The position numbers were made by a program, and so were the translations under genes. A stretch of 64,000 nucleotides of DNA from Octopus sinensis. Its lineage: Eukaryota. The stretch spans positions 65,224,001 to 65,288,000 of the forward strand of contig NC_043002.1 in the NCBI RefSeq assembly GCF_006345805.1, given 5' to 3'. This document shows positions 28,491 through 46,288 of this stretch, one piece after another; positions within the stretch are counted from its first letter, which is position 1, and every line of letters begins with the position of its first letter. Below the pieces are notes generated by a model that worked only from the letters and a program-made list of their open reading frames with translations, did not search any database and was not told the origin of the DNA.

Positions 28491-28831
28491 GTATAGCTAC
28501 ATGCACAGTGGTACTTGCATATATTCGCACACACAGTCTTTGTATATATATATATATATTTATATACATTTGCATATATATACACGCTATATAATGTATG
28601 CATACATACATACGAAATACAGAATACAGGTAGCTTTTCCTTCTTAAAATGTGAATGTATTTATTTAAATGTATGTAAAAGTATCTAACTATTCATCTTA
28701 CAATCTCACACGCGCGTAGTCACGAATATATATATATAAAAAAGAGATTAACTTACAAAAATGTATGCATATACATTTACACACGGATGTACACATACGT
28801 ATTCATATCTGTTTACATGTATGTGCATAAG

Positions 28832-28863
<32 letters not shown>

Positions 28864-28932
28864 CATACATATACATATAGACACACATATGTATACATAT
28901 ACGTATATACATATGTGTATACAAACACACAC

Positions 28933-28969
<37 letters not shown>

Positions 28970-29036
28970 CATATACATATAGACACACATATGTATACAT
29001 ATACTATATACATATGTGTATACAAACACACACATT

Positions 29037-29067
<31 letters not shown>

Positions 29068-29419
29068 ATTATATATCCTCACGTAAACACACGTACGCAC
29101 AGAGAAATACTTGCGTATATACTTGCTTGTATGTACGTACCTGCGGTGAGACATGTATATACACAGAGGGTGCCATCAAAGAAAATAATGTCCATAATAT
29201 TGCCAAGGGAAATTTATCAAATTAGACATGAAAAAGGAAGAAAAAAAAGCATTCTAATAAGAAAACACAAGTGAAGCAATACGCAACTGGAAAAGAAACG
29301 GAAAATAAAATGGAGGGACACTAAAGATTTGACAAAACAGAACGGAAAACAAAATTATAAACAATCACACGACAGCTTTATGTATAAATACATATATATG
29401 CATATATATATATATATGC

Positions 29420-29510
<91 letters not shown>

Positions 29511-29815
29511 ATATATGTATATATATATATATATACCCATATACACACATATGTATGTATGTTCGTATGTATGTATTTATATATGCTTGTGTACAGAAAT
29601 ACGTACATACAGAGGAAAAAAGTCCCCAGCACACGAGTATATTCTTGTATTTATATCAGTTGTATGGTGATGTGAGATAATCAACTCATAAGAACGTGTG
29701 TGCTTACGTGCGCGTGTGCATGTGTTCATGTGTGCGTCTGTGCCTATGTATATAAACTTATAGGCATGTACGTGTGTTCAGGTATGCTTTATATATATAT
29801 GTATGTATATATATG

Positions 29816-29862
<47 letters not shown>

Positions 29863-29943
29863 CATATATACATATATATATATATATGCATATATATATA
29901 TATATGTGTGTGTATATATATATATGTATATATGTATGTATGT

Positions 29944-29974
<31 letters not shown>

Positions 29975-29989
29975 GTATGTATATATATA

Positions 29990-30087
<98 letters not shown>

Positions 30088-30176
30088 TTGTATCCGGTGT
30101 GTATGTGCTAATGCAATGGTTCTGTGTATAGATATATCTGAATGCATCTGTGCTTACGTATGTGTATGTCTGTAAG

Positions 30177-30213
<37 letters not shown>

Positions 30214-30240
30214 TTGTGTGTATCTGTGTGATTGTTTGTG
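28170..30240. repeat. (TATC)n and (TA)n/(CA)n microsatellite block including a tandem duplication of about 110 bp (28860-29045)
   Basis: Direct. Confidence 0.9.
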
Positions 30241-30549
30241 TGTATGCTCATGCGTGGTTGTATTTCAGGCGTGTATGTATCTGTGTGTGCCTGTATCTGT
30301 GAGAGAAGTTTCCATGCGTTTTTTAGCTTATGTTCTGTTGTATGTAAATAATGAAAAATTGTATCCTAAATTCTTCTGATTGTGATCAAGTAACTTGAAT
30401 CAAGACAAAATCGGGGAAAATATCAGAAACCTATGAAGGCCACCTTTTATAAATCATCTAATCTCTAGAATTAAATACCCTCTAATAACAAACAACCAAG
30501 GATATATGTATATAGGTGTGTGTGTGTGTTTGTGTGCTCATATAAAATA

Positions 30550-30865
30550 ATCTGTATATTGGGCATCGGTATATATCGTCATCGATCAGAATGTCAGACG
30601 TTGTTATACAACGCTGGTCACCATGCACTTTGCATCATTTTGCCATTCGAATGATGCTACCCCGGTGGCTAAGTGAGCAGGCTAAAATGTCGCCTGAACT
30701 GAGGGTTAGTCCTTTGCAGGCTTAAGCATTGTTAGCTGTGTGAGATGCAGCAAATAAAGTGTTTTATTCAAGGACACAAAGCGCACAAAGTCGGTCCGGC
30801 AATCGAACCCATGATATCGCGATCGTGAGTGTTTTATGCACCCGACCACAAGGCCAGGCGCACTG
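30550..30865 (-). mobile_element. tRNA-derived SINE
   Basis: Minus strand gtgcgcctggccttgtggtcggg...gggttcgattgcc...ctttgtgtccttgaataaaacacttta. Confidence 0.65.
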
Positions 30866-30872
30866 TGTAACG

Positions 30873-30923
<51 letters not shown>

Positions 30924-31015
30924 AATGTATGCGTGTGCGTTTGTATATGTATGTATGCGTGTGTGTGAGTGTTTGTGTATATGTATGTATGTGTGTGTGC
31001 GCGCGCAAGTGTGTG

Positions 31016-31180
31016 GAGCCGCAGGCGTGGGTGTGTGGTAAGAAGCTTACTTCGCATCAACATGGGTCTGGGTTCAGTCCCACAGCGTGGCACCTTGGGC
31101 AAGAGTTTTCTATAGCCACGCGCCGACCAAAGCCTTACAAGTAGATTCAATAGACGGAAAGTGAAAGAAGCATGTCGTTT
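31016..31180 (+). mobile_element. Head module of the composite SINE
   Basis: gtgtgtggtaagaagcttacttc...gggttcagtccc.ca.cgtggcaccttgggcaag. Confidence 0.75.
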
Positions 31181-31899
31181 ACATACATATACATACGTGC
31201 ATACATACATATATACATATATACATATATAAATATATACATACATACATGCATACATACATACATACGTACATACATACATACATACATACATACATAC
31301 ATACATACATACATACATACATACATACATACATACATAATGGCTGCCCCCTCTTTATCAATTATGGCCATCACACGAAGTTTAACTGTTATTGGTGCTG
31401 TGGTCGAATGTGACTTTTATTTGCTTTTTAAGGCTACAGCCAGCCATTCAGTTGAGACTCACAGCACCATCAATGAACAATGTTATCGTGCAATGCCTGT
31501 GCAAGAAGATATTTTTAAGTGAGGAAAGGCTGTGCACTGAGTCAATCCCACTCACTAAGCAACAGCAGTCATAATCCGAAAAAAAGAAAAAGTCAACATC
31601 ATCGGTAACCATTGAGCCGCAGGTTTTATGTCGGAGTTATCCCAGTTATCTGAGTTACCTTATCCTAGAAGGATGCCCTAACAAAGGCTAGGAATCCTTC
31701 ACTCCCAATGGTTTAACCGCGCGATCGGGTATTCAGTCCGATTATTTCTATGTGCCCGCGCATGATACAGCCTTAAGCCTTAAGAAAAAAAAAAATTACA
31801 CAGGATGGCCGTTGACTCTCAAGAGTTCCTCCGCCCTTTGACGGGTTTTTGTTTTTCATCCTGATGAATGTTCGGAACACCATTGCCGAATCCCTTTCC

Positions 31900-32020
31900 A
31901 TCCTTTCGGGGTCGATTAAATAAGTAGCATTTACACACTGGGGTCGATATAATCAAATTAATCCGTTTGTATGTCCTTGTTTGACCCCTCTGTGTGTAGC
32001 CCTTTGTGGGTAATAAATGT
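31900..32020 (+). mobile_element. Partial SINE with Tx1-like tail
   Basis: catcctttcggggtcgattaaataagta...ctgtgtgtagccctttgtgggtaataaa. Confidence 0.7.
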
Positions 32021-32259
32021 GAGTTCCTGGAGGAAATACTTCGGAGGAACGCCATATCTTACGCACCCTGTGGATATACGTATATATATATATATATATA
32101 TATATGAATAAATAAATGGAGTTTAACGCAAGTGTAATCAAATATTTTTACTTTTGACACATGTTTCGAAAATTCCACTGATACTTGTGAGATTTTGCTG
32201 CACTGGTTACTATTTATTTATTTTTTCCGTGTTGTTAACAAGGTAAAAATACACTCATC

Positions 32260-32319
<60 letters not shown>

Positions 32320-32477
32320 TGCATTTTGTTCTTAATGCATTCATATTGTTTTTTTCCCTCAGGTATGCAATATATTTTCTTTTGTCATTGTTTGGAATAT
32401 TTTGCTTTGCAGTTTTTCTTCCTTTGCTTTGCATGTTTCCTCTTTCCTCTTTCATGTTTATATTGACCTGCGGTCTG

Positions 32478-32625
32478 CAGGGGCGTAGTGTAGCGAGACA
32501 GAAAAAATATATTTTGTTGCTGTGGCTTAGTTCACTTGCGTTTTGGCAAACTCCAGCCAATCAGAGTTGGAGGCGTAATAATACAAGTAGCAACTTCCGC
32601 CCAGCGGCATTGTGCGCCTTTTGGA
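32478..32625. promoter_or_regulatory. Promoter-like motif cluster
   Basis: GGGGCGT (32480), AGCCAATCAG NF-Y-type CCAAT box (32555-32564) and ACTTCCGCCC ETS/GC-box-like site (32593-32602) in a locally CpG-rich, non-repetitive patch. Confidence 0.35.
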
Positions 32626-33480
32626 ATAGCTTGAGCAGCTGCTGATTTGACGGTATTGAAGCAAAATCGCTATCTTCAACATTTTTTTTTTTTGTCCATC
32701 GCCAACTACATGCAACTTATTTGATTAATATCAGCTTTCAAACTGCTTCATAGAAACCTCAGTGTATATAATACGCCATGCGATTTTTTTGTCCTGCATA
32801 CACATATATCTGGTTTCCATTCATATGTAAAATTGATCCTTGTTATCACTTGCTAGTGCTCGTCACACTACTGAATAAATTTTAATGTTTTCGTTTTATA
32901 AACTTGCATTCTAAATATTCTTTATTCATGCCTGTTTAAGACATCACTGAACATGGATTCTTTCTACGAACAGTCTTTAAAAGATGCTAACTACACACAT
33001 TGTATTACAACTCGAACACGTTACGTATAGGTGACATCCCTCACAAATTACATTAGTGACTCACATGTAACACACCTTTGAACATTTCAGCCCTATGATC
33101 GGAATTGTCTTCTAGCCTGAGGACAGAGGCTCGTTTTGTCCAATATTGACTGTTTTAATTACAGGTTGCATAGTGTGATGAACTACACCTGCCAAAATTA
33201 TGATTGATTGCCGATGCCCCAGAAACAGGTGTTGGGCTTATAACACATCACTTCCTCCCCTTCAGTTTTCTCTGTCATTTTGACTCTATGCAAGTGAGAT
33301 ATACTAATATAAATATCTATATATGCATACTCCAATACATATGGTCTGAAAGTCTTCACTCTTTGCTTTCGCTCGTTTTGCCTGTGTACATACATGTATA
33401 TATTGTATCGCACACCCAAGCCGTTATATTTATTATATTTAATTTGTTTATCCGCATAATTACTTATATATATATATATA

Positions 33481-33975
33481 TAATCATTACAGATATAGGG
33501 TAAGCAATTATTAATTTAATAAAATTAACAATTTTACGAAGTAGTTTTCGGTATGGAAAAGAACCAGATTCGGTAAAAACTTATACAAAATGGGTTTTTT
33601 TAAAATATATAATTATAACAATAATTAAGGGTCAAAAGATTGCTATTTCTTTTTTCTACAAAACATGTCTCCACGGATAACATTTATTTGTAACTCACAT
33701 AGGTATACAGAAGAAAAATAATGAAATCAAACAGTCTTCAATTAATTATGGACGCGTTTCTGGATTAGAATTATAAAAAAACATTTCTTTCATCGACATA
33801 ATATTTAAGGGTCTGGCAACAAGTTTCTTGACCACATATTGTTATAATTATATATATATAAAAACTTTTTGTCTGAGTTTTTACCGCATATGGCTCTTTT
33901 CCATACCGAAAACTACTTGGTAAAATTGTTAATGTTATTAAATTAATAATTTTTACCCTATATCTGTAATGATTA
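33481..33975. repeat. Fold-back cassette P4: arms 33481-33623 / 33837-33975; the spacer holds a minus-strand HHR relic (33745-33802)
   Basis: taatcattacagatatagggtaa...ttttcggtatggaaaaga repeated inverted; relic ATTATG-TCGATGA-...-GAAAC GC GTC^CATAAT. Confidence 0.85.
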
Positions 33976-35429
33976 TTTCACTCCTCGATAACAAAACTTC
34001 GGATCTTTTTTTTTCTGCAGTACTATCTTGTGACGCACATGGTTAACTTGGAGGGAAATACGAATTCACTCGTCCTATATAAATGTGGATATGCTGATTA
34101 GCTATTATATGTTCTGATAGCGCTTGGTCAGAAATACATGGGTAAGAAATACGAAGGGCCAGCCTTGTGAAACAGTGTGTCACGCTGAATCTCCGCGAGA
34201 ACTACGTTAAAGGTAGTTTTGTCTATTGAAAACGTTGCAAGACGCAATGAAAATTTTAGGAAAATAAAAATAAGAAAAGTGGAAATTTTACCGGTGAGTG
34301 TGTTATATTATAAGGCACAAAAAAGAAAATGACTCTCCCCAGACACAACAGAATATACTTCAACACACGAACTCATATAAAGAATCTTGCAAACCAAATC
34401 CCCAAACGAAATATATATATACACATATACACCCCTTCTGGTAAATCATTTCTTGTTCACTCTTCGGATTTTGAGTACCTCAATCAAGCAGAAACATGTT
34501 ATCTTTTCTGTCTCATATTTCCTTGGAGAAAATGTGAAATTTATTTCAGACCTCATCGAATCTCTTTTTTTCTTCCCGGTTGCATATTTGTACTATGTTT
34601 GCTATTGTGTTGCTAGAGAATTTAATAGCAGTGAAAAACACTTAAATATTCATGATATTGTCTCTAGACACATTTATTTTTCTATTTAACATCAGTGTAA
34701 TGATATGCTGTTTGTGGTTATTGGCAGAATAATGATCACTCTTAAAAATGTTGCGTCTCTGAACGGCGAGTTAACGAGAGCAGAGTTTTTGTGTTGTAAC
34801 GAAGTAAATATTTCATTAGTTGACTCAAAAGTGACTGTCAATTTTATTTTCCGAAAATCCAAATAATGATGACAGCAAATATCAGCATTTGTCTCAATGG
34901 GAATTTACCATTACTTACTAACTTCTAAATTATGTATGTGAATGTGCTAATATATATGTGTGAGTGTATGTGTGTGTTTGAATTTATCTGTTTCTATGAA
35001 TAACTTAGTAACGGAAAATATAAACAGGACGCAGAAGCAAATATCATAAATATATTTGTTGTTAGTTTCGTATGTTATTGTTTGCCTTACATGTTTCAAT
35101 AGCTCTCTGTGGTAATGGTCTTTTCCTATGCTAGTTATAATTCTTGCTACATTATGCGTACACGTTGTTCATACAGTAAGGTCTGTATTAATTTACTAAT
35201 TGTTAACATTATGGAGTCACTGAAAATCACATTTGATTTGCCAGGACCATATTCGCTGTAATAGCATATGAAATACCAGACTCTATCCTGATTTTAAGCC
35301 ATATATAATTCATGTATGTATATTACAATGGTAGGCGTCAAGCAATGAATTTGAATGCCTTGAAGAAAATTAAAGATATTGATAGATAAGCGAGGCATCA
35401 TATATATATATATGTCGGGCGATTCCCAT

Positions 35430-35940
35430 CTACCAACTTGTGTAACAGGATAAATCTAATTGTCACTTCTTAACTTATACGGCTTAAAATCTGCAGATGT
35501 AGTATGACTCCTCTCAGACTAAATCATTTCATCTCCGTTAATATGAGATTACAAAGGAACTTTTAAAATAGAAGCGTCGATCTTAATAGGATACATATTC
35601 TAATCACTGAGAACAATCGGTTTTATTCTTGTTCACTTTAGTTATTTGTGGTGTTTTAGAATAGCGGGCTCGATACTGCCGACTCAGATATTCAAATGAA
35701 GTTAACTGAGCATTTTTACAATATGAGTTTCAGTTTACATATTATAATCACCAGAATGGATCCTTTTCATGTTTGTACTTATAAAGTTGCTTGAGCTGTT
35801 CTATGACAGATCCCTGAAATTTGCCAGTCTCCATGTTCAAATCATAACGATGGATCATTTTTGATCTGTGCTTATATGAGGTTACAATAGGAAATTTAAA
35901 TATCTTAATATTCATAGTATTGTCAAATTTGAACCATCAA
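35430..35940 (-). mobile_element. Possible very old CR1-type LINE 3' end
   Basis: Faint similarity (NFRDLS*..; RRFYF.KVPL*NL) to CR1 C-termini; many stops. Confidence 0.3.
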
Positions 35941-35980
35941 TCAAATAATTAAAATATTACGATGATTAGCTTTCTTCAAG

Positions 35981-36063
35981 ACATCGAAAGCGTACCAACA
36001 GACACAAAATGTCGATCTACCAGTCGCAGTTCGATTGCAGTATAATGAATTTGTGTCAAGAAG
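35981..36063 (+). CDS. Candidate 83-nt exon, product unknown
   Basis: ctttcttcaAG acceptor, AAG|GTGAGT donor; two frames open (TSKAYQQTQNVDLPVAVRLQYNEFVSR / HRKRTNRHKMSIYQSQFDCSIMNLCQE). Confidence 0.3.
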
Positions 36064-36113
36064 GTGAGTGAGAATACCTATCGATTTTCACTTTCAGGGC
36101 ATTTCTTAACTAT

Positions 36114-36172
<59 letters not shown>

Positions 36173-36341
36173 AGTATTGGTATCTAGAGGACCCAAAGAG
36201 TGTCAGGTAACGCTAAGTAAGTGCTATGGACAGACCGTAGTTAAACTCTTGGTTCGATAGTGATACGAGTTAGGGTCATATATGTGTTAGAGAGAATGCG
36301 ATAACAAAGCCAAGGCTGCGAGGAGTTTTCAGGTCATTTAT

Positions 36342-36573
36342 AAGAAAATAATTTGACTGCTATTTCCGGGATAATATGGGTATCCATTCATAAGAGACGA
36401 TGTGCGAAGGTTATATTGAGGATATATTTGAGTTCGAATTATGATCGTATATTCCCTATCTCCTTTTCCATAATAATTCGAACTCAAATATTTCCTCAGT
36501 TTAACCTTCTCACACTGTCTCTGATGAAGGGATATCCATAATATCCCAGGAAACCGCTCCAAGACTATTTCTT
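36342..36573. repeat. Fold-back cassette P5: about 100-bp arms; the right arm carries an HHR relic (36517-36565) with intact CTGATGA and 7-bp stem II but a mutated cleavage site
   Basis: GTCT-CTGATGA-A GGGATAT CCATA ATATCCC AG-GAAAC CGCT CCA AGAC; ORFs 36338..36625 (-) and 36353..36541 (+) mirror each other. Confidence 0.85.
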
Positions 36574-36620
36574 TATATATATATATATTATGTGTGTGTG
36601 TGTGTGTGTGTATGAATATA

Positions 36621-36686
<66 letters not shown>

Positions 36687-36749
36687 TAGATAGATAGATA
36701 GATAGATAGTTAGATTGATAGATAGATAGATATCGACACAATATTGCTA

Positions 36750-39500
36750 CATATTTGTTAAGCGTCCATTTCGCAAGTCTTGTCTCCGTCCATCGGGGCT
36801 CCTGACAACTGTCTCAAGAAATCAACCTAAGCATGTTACCGATTATGATGATGTCGAACGGATATGTAAGAGGATGCACTGGATTGCGTGTTACCTGTAG
36901 TACTCAAATGGGCCTCGTTTCAAAAATTATCTTGAACACAAGTCCACAAAGGAGTTTCACGCAACATTTTGACATATTTAAAAAGCCAGGATCTTCTTGA
37001 ATCACAGTTTAGATAAGATGTTATGTAAATCTACATATAATAAAATACTGTTCTATGCATAATGGCGTAAATAAAAGTCAATATGCAAATAATTGTATTT
37101 GTTCATAGGTTTGCCCAATAAGAGTCGACTCAACTCATGAATAATAAAAATGTAACAGCAACAACACTAGTAATTGTTTCCATCAATTACTTGCTTGCTT
37201 AGGTATTTCTGTAAGGATCTCTGCCTTTGGATGCAAAACAGCCGTGGTCTAACCTGGCTTCAATGGCTTGTAAGCTACTGGGAGTACAGCACCTGGAAAG
37301 GTACATCGGTACCCTGAAATGTATACCGGTCCTTCGTAGAGTTAACTTTCCAAATATCGCTTGAAATCCTTTAGAGACGAGTGAACGGGAGCAACTCAAG
37401 ATCACATCGCACCACACAGTTCGGAAATCGAAACTCCGGTTTTACGATCAATGGTGCAACATTCTAACCAATACTCGATGCCATCAACGAAGAACTTCAA
37501 AAATCTCAACTCTTATTTAGCTTGTGTATCCCGGAGAACTCACAAGCAAAATCGAACCATGTAACGCAGAAAAAAAATAAAGCGACACAACTAAATAACG
37601 AAATTTGAAAGGATGTTTTTCTGTCGTTATTTTAGCAACTATTTCACTAATGTTATAGAAATTGCAAATTTGATTTATTTTATATATAGATCATTAGTTT
37701 AAACATAAGGTGAGATATGGAAAGAGATAAACTTAAATCTCTATAGGTCTCTCCTCCGGGAATCGGTGACGGTTAGACCTGAAAAATATTCATCGAATGT
37801 TGGTGCCGCATGCATATGAAAAATTAAGATAGAGGAAATAGCGTTTTCCTCTACATAGGAATGTATGTTACTGTAGGTGACTGCAAGTAAATCATTGATG
37901 CAGAGCTGAAAGAAAATGAGGTCCATAATCGAACGCAATCATAAATCTTGGGTGAGTTTGTTCTGTGGAAATTAATAACCAAGGATGTTGACATGACACA
38001 AATCATGCAACCTAAGAACGGGGAATAAAATGGAGCCCATATGTGTGATTTATGAACATGCGCACATCAGGCACAGTATTTTAGTATATGTAGATTTACA
38101 TAACAATTTTTCTTATGTCGAATCCAACAGCATTTTTTAAGAGAGGTAACTCAATGACATAAGCGGTTAATTGGTGCTTTCATCTATTTTTTTTCTTTTG
38201 CAAAGCGTAGTGCTGGTCATCGAGAAGGCCGAAGACTTCAAAGTATCGGAAGAGTTAAACAAATTTGTGATAGAGGGAGTGAGCGTAGGAAACTGATAAT
38301 TGGCATGGGCAGAGGGACATGATTTGTTGGCGAATGCGTGGCACATTTATAAAGATCGAGACTTTTGCCTGAGGTGAGAAGGATAGAGAGTTAGAGAGAA
38401 AAAGTGGTTGTTTGAAGAGGTTGGAGGAACATGAATCGAAGGTCCCTGTCGGTCATGTTTACTTGACCTATTGGTTTCAGGCATTTCGAAGCAATTTTAC
38501 TGTTGGAATGTATATATATAATATCGATTTTCGTGAAGAACTTTATCTAGAACTTTATCTGAAGGATTTTATCTAGCGTTAAGTTGGTTTCAAAACGAGC
38601 AGCCTTTTAGTCAAGGCTTTTACTGCACAATTACCTTTCAATATTTTTGACCGAAATATGGGGCTTAAGCGGTAACTGGAGGCTTTCGAGAAATTGTTTT
38701 AGTAAAAAGTATAAAAAAACGCATCGTCGGGAGGTGAGAGAGCTTGTGAAATTCGTGTTAGTATTCAAACCCCTTCCAGTATTTAATAGAGAGTGTTTCT
38801 ACTCTGTACAAACTCCTCCACTGTGAGACACATAAACTTTGGGGTAATGTATATAGGTTGTTTTTGAACAGGGCATTCTTAAATAGGATAGTTTCAGTAT
38901 ACCTGATATACTGTCTCTGGTGGATAAGTTGTGAAACACAATCACTCCGACTGAATAGTAGATTCTGCGATGCTTCGACGAATCATGTCATTTGAAACGT
39001 CAAAGTATACAGATGCTAAATGTAGGGATGTTATGTTACGTATTGACATGGAGATGTTGTACATAACATCAATATTGTAAAATAATTGGTTTCTACTCAA
39101 GCTTCAGCAAGATTGAAAAGACCAGATTAGTTTATTAAGGCAACTTAGGATGATATCTTCAGAGACTAATGATAATATATAAATATCTCTAATGCAGAAA
39201 GAGGCATGTCAATGTTTGATTGATTTTTGGAGGATTTAAGGCATCGATATTCTGAATGGTGTAGAATGAAAATTTGAGACAGAGAACCTCGAAGTTATTC
39301 GTACTTAATTTCATTGCCAATTTTAAGTTGTGCGTATAATTTAAACATTAGAGGTGGAGTATATTTTAGAGAGAGCCAACTGTGTCTCACAGGCAGATAA
39401 AATGTATGATTTGTGGGATAGGAGGAAACACTGAATATAAAAAGTGATTCCAAGAAACAAATTCTATGAATACAGAAACGACAAAGTAATGACAAGAGAC
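36750..39500 (-). mobile_element. Ancient CR1/L2-type LINE (APE + RT), heavily decayed, interrupted by a SINE at about 37200-37470
   Basis: RSIMDLIFFQLCINDLLAVTYSNIHSYVEE (RT QGS..P.LF..INDL..IHSYADD-like); NYQ..TLTPSITNLFN; GLLDDQH; AVGFDIRK; upstream SD(C) APE-like remnant. Confidence 0.6.
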
Positions 39501-39929
39501 TTTAAAATATGATCACAGATCCGCTGGATTAGAGCCGATATTGAGCACGGCAAGAGCAAAAACTACGGCTGCCAGTACATCCTTCAACGGAACGTACGAA
39601 AAGCATGCTTACCAAATATATATGATAGACAGAGAATTTTTGCAAAACATTATAAAGTTAGCTGATAAAAGAAAGTAACTAATTTTTTCAAACATCTAAA
39701 GAAATATAAGTAAAATGATAGCAAGTGTTTATTGAAACCAAGAGAAAAGCGGCATATTAAGACAATATTTATTCTGTCTCACATTTCGGTAAGAATTCTT
39801 CATTGGTATATTTCTGTGGAGAGTGATGGAGTTATATAATTTATAATAGATTCTGAAACGTCCTCGGTGAAAAATTGCATAAAAGCACGAAGAATTGGTA
39901 AATAAACGCAGTAGTATATATATATATAC

Positions 39930-44444
<4,515 letters not shown>

Positions 44445-44450
<6 letters not shown>

Positions 44451-44600
44451 TCCGTCTACCGAATCCACTTAGAAGGCTTTGGTCGGCCTGAGGCTATAAT
44501 AGAACATACTTGTCCAAGCTGGCAAGCAGTGAGACAGAACCCACAACCATGTGGTTGGAGAGCAAGCTACTTCCCACACAGCCACACCTTCGCCTATGTA
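44445..44600 (-). mobile_element. Head module of the composite SINE
   Basis: ttttagtttccgtctacc.aatccact...ggctttggtcggcctgaggctata..agaac..acttg.ccaag. Confidence 0.75.
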
Positions 44601-45072
44601 TCCCCCACGTGATCGGTGTTCGGCCAAGCCTGATCATTCTACTTTGGTTCGGCCGTCGTCCGTGAAACATTTATATTTCCCCCTGTCCTTGTGAAAGCTT
44701 GTATCCCTGCCGTAATGCGTTATTTCCACACACGCCAGCTTTATGTAATTCGTCCTTAGTCGAAAGACACCTGTTGTTGTGTCTTGTTATTTGCATATTT
44801 GTAACATTCTCCGTTTTTTTTTCTTCCTTTTTTTCGTAAATATTCGCTGCTTTCTTCCAAGAACTCTAATGCTCTTAGCTTAGTTTTTCCTTGGGCTGGT
44901 CAGATTGGAGCAATCTCGCTTATAACCAGCCGAAATTTAAAAGATCTGGAACTCCACTAAGGAAAGGGAACACCGAATGACCCTTGTTTTCTTTGTATCG
45001 TATATCTGAAATGTTTGCCTTCTCCCATTTTGTATTTTTTATATATATCTTCATATATATATATATAAATAA

Positions 45073-45447
45073 TAATAAATATTAGGGAATAAATCCAAAT
45101 TTACAGGGAAAAATCAGATTTAGGATTGAATCCAATTTTATAGTAAAATATAATATAATATTAATTAGAGACAAAACCACTATTATGCAAATCAAACAAA
45201 GAAAGACTTCATCCAATACATAAAATTTTTTATATAAATTAAATATAATTAAGATATCCACTACGATATCAGTTTAAAACTTGCAAAGAATGTCTTGAAA
45301 CCCCCTGATGAATGTCAATAGAAGTGACAAGAAACGATCGTAGTGGATATCTTAATTATATTTAATTTATATGAAAAAATTTTATGTATTGGATTAAGTC
45401 TTTCTTTGTTTGATTTGCATAATAGTGGTTTTGTCTCTAATTAATAT
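45073..45447. mobile_element. PLE-like fold-back cassette P6 (arms 45158-45267 / 45337-45447) in (TA)n
   Basis: About 110-bp inverted arms; 5' part shared with 45741-45900 and 47680-47810. Confidence 0.85.
45301..45346 (+). ncRNA. Minimal type-I hammerhead ribozyme motif (core intact)
   Basis: CCCC-CTGATGA-A TGTCA ATAGAAG TGACA A-GAAAC GATC GTA^GTGG; stem I has one mismatch. Confidence 0.7.
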
Positions 45448-45511
45448 CATATATATATATATATAATAAATATATATATACATATATATATATTAGTTTT
45501 ATATATATATA

Positions 45512-45568
<57 letters not shown>

Positions 45569-45664
45569 GTATATTTATATATATATATACATAATATATA
45601 TATATATATATTATATACATATATATATATATATATATACATATATAATATATATATATACATA

Positions 45665-45715
<51 letters not shown>

Positions 45716-45955
45716 TATAATATATATATATATATATATATAATAAAATAATAGGGATAAATCCAAACTCACAGGGAAAAATCAGATTTAGGATTGAATC
45801 CAATTTTATAGTAAATTATTATATTATATTAAATTAGAGATAAAACCACTATTAGGCAAATCATACAATGAAAAGCTTAAGCCAATACATAAGATTAATT
45901 ATTAATATTATTTTAAATATATATCAAAATTATTAAAAAAAGATAATTAGTATAA

Positions 45956-45993
45956 CACTACGATCGTTTCATGGCTGTCCAATTCTTCAGGTG
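45956..45993 (-). ncRNA. Minimal type-I hammerhead ribozyme motif (core intact)
   Basis: CAC-CTGAAGA-ATTGG ACAG CCAT-GAAAC GATC GTA^GTG. Confidence 0.7.
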
Positions 45994-46053
45994 ATTTAAA
46001 TATTTAGCTTAGCGAGTTAATTGATTAAACCTCGCTAAGTTAAATATTTAAAT

Positions 46054-46116
46054 CGCCTGAAGAATGACTGTAACTCGAAATTTTAAGAATTGGACAGCCA
46101 TGAAACGATTGTAGTG
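46054..46116 (+). ncRNA. Type-I hammerhead motif with expanded stem II (core intact)
   Basis: CGC-CTGAAGA-ATGACTGT...ACAGCCAT-GAAAC GATT GTA^GTG. Confidence 0.6.
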
Positions 46117-46256
46117 TTATACTAATTATCTTTTTTTAATAATTTTGATATATATTTAAAATAATATAAATAATTAATCTTATGTATTGGCTTAAGTTTT
46201 TCATTGTATGACTTGCCTAATAGTGGTTTTATCTCTAATTAATATAATATATATAG

Positions 46257-46288
<32 letters not shown>

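Larger units (their letters stand above)
45741..46250. mobile_element. PLE-like fold-back cassette P7 (arms 45821-46016 / 46031-46250) in (TA)n
   Basis: About 195-bp arms, 14-nt loop; the right arm has an insertion of about 25 bp. Confidence 0.9.
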
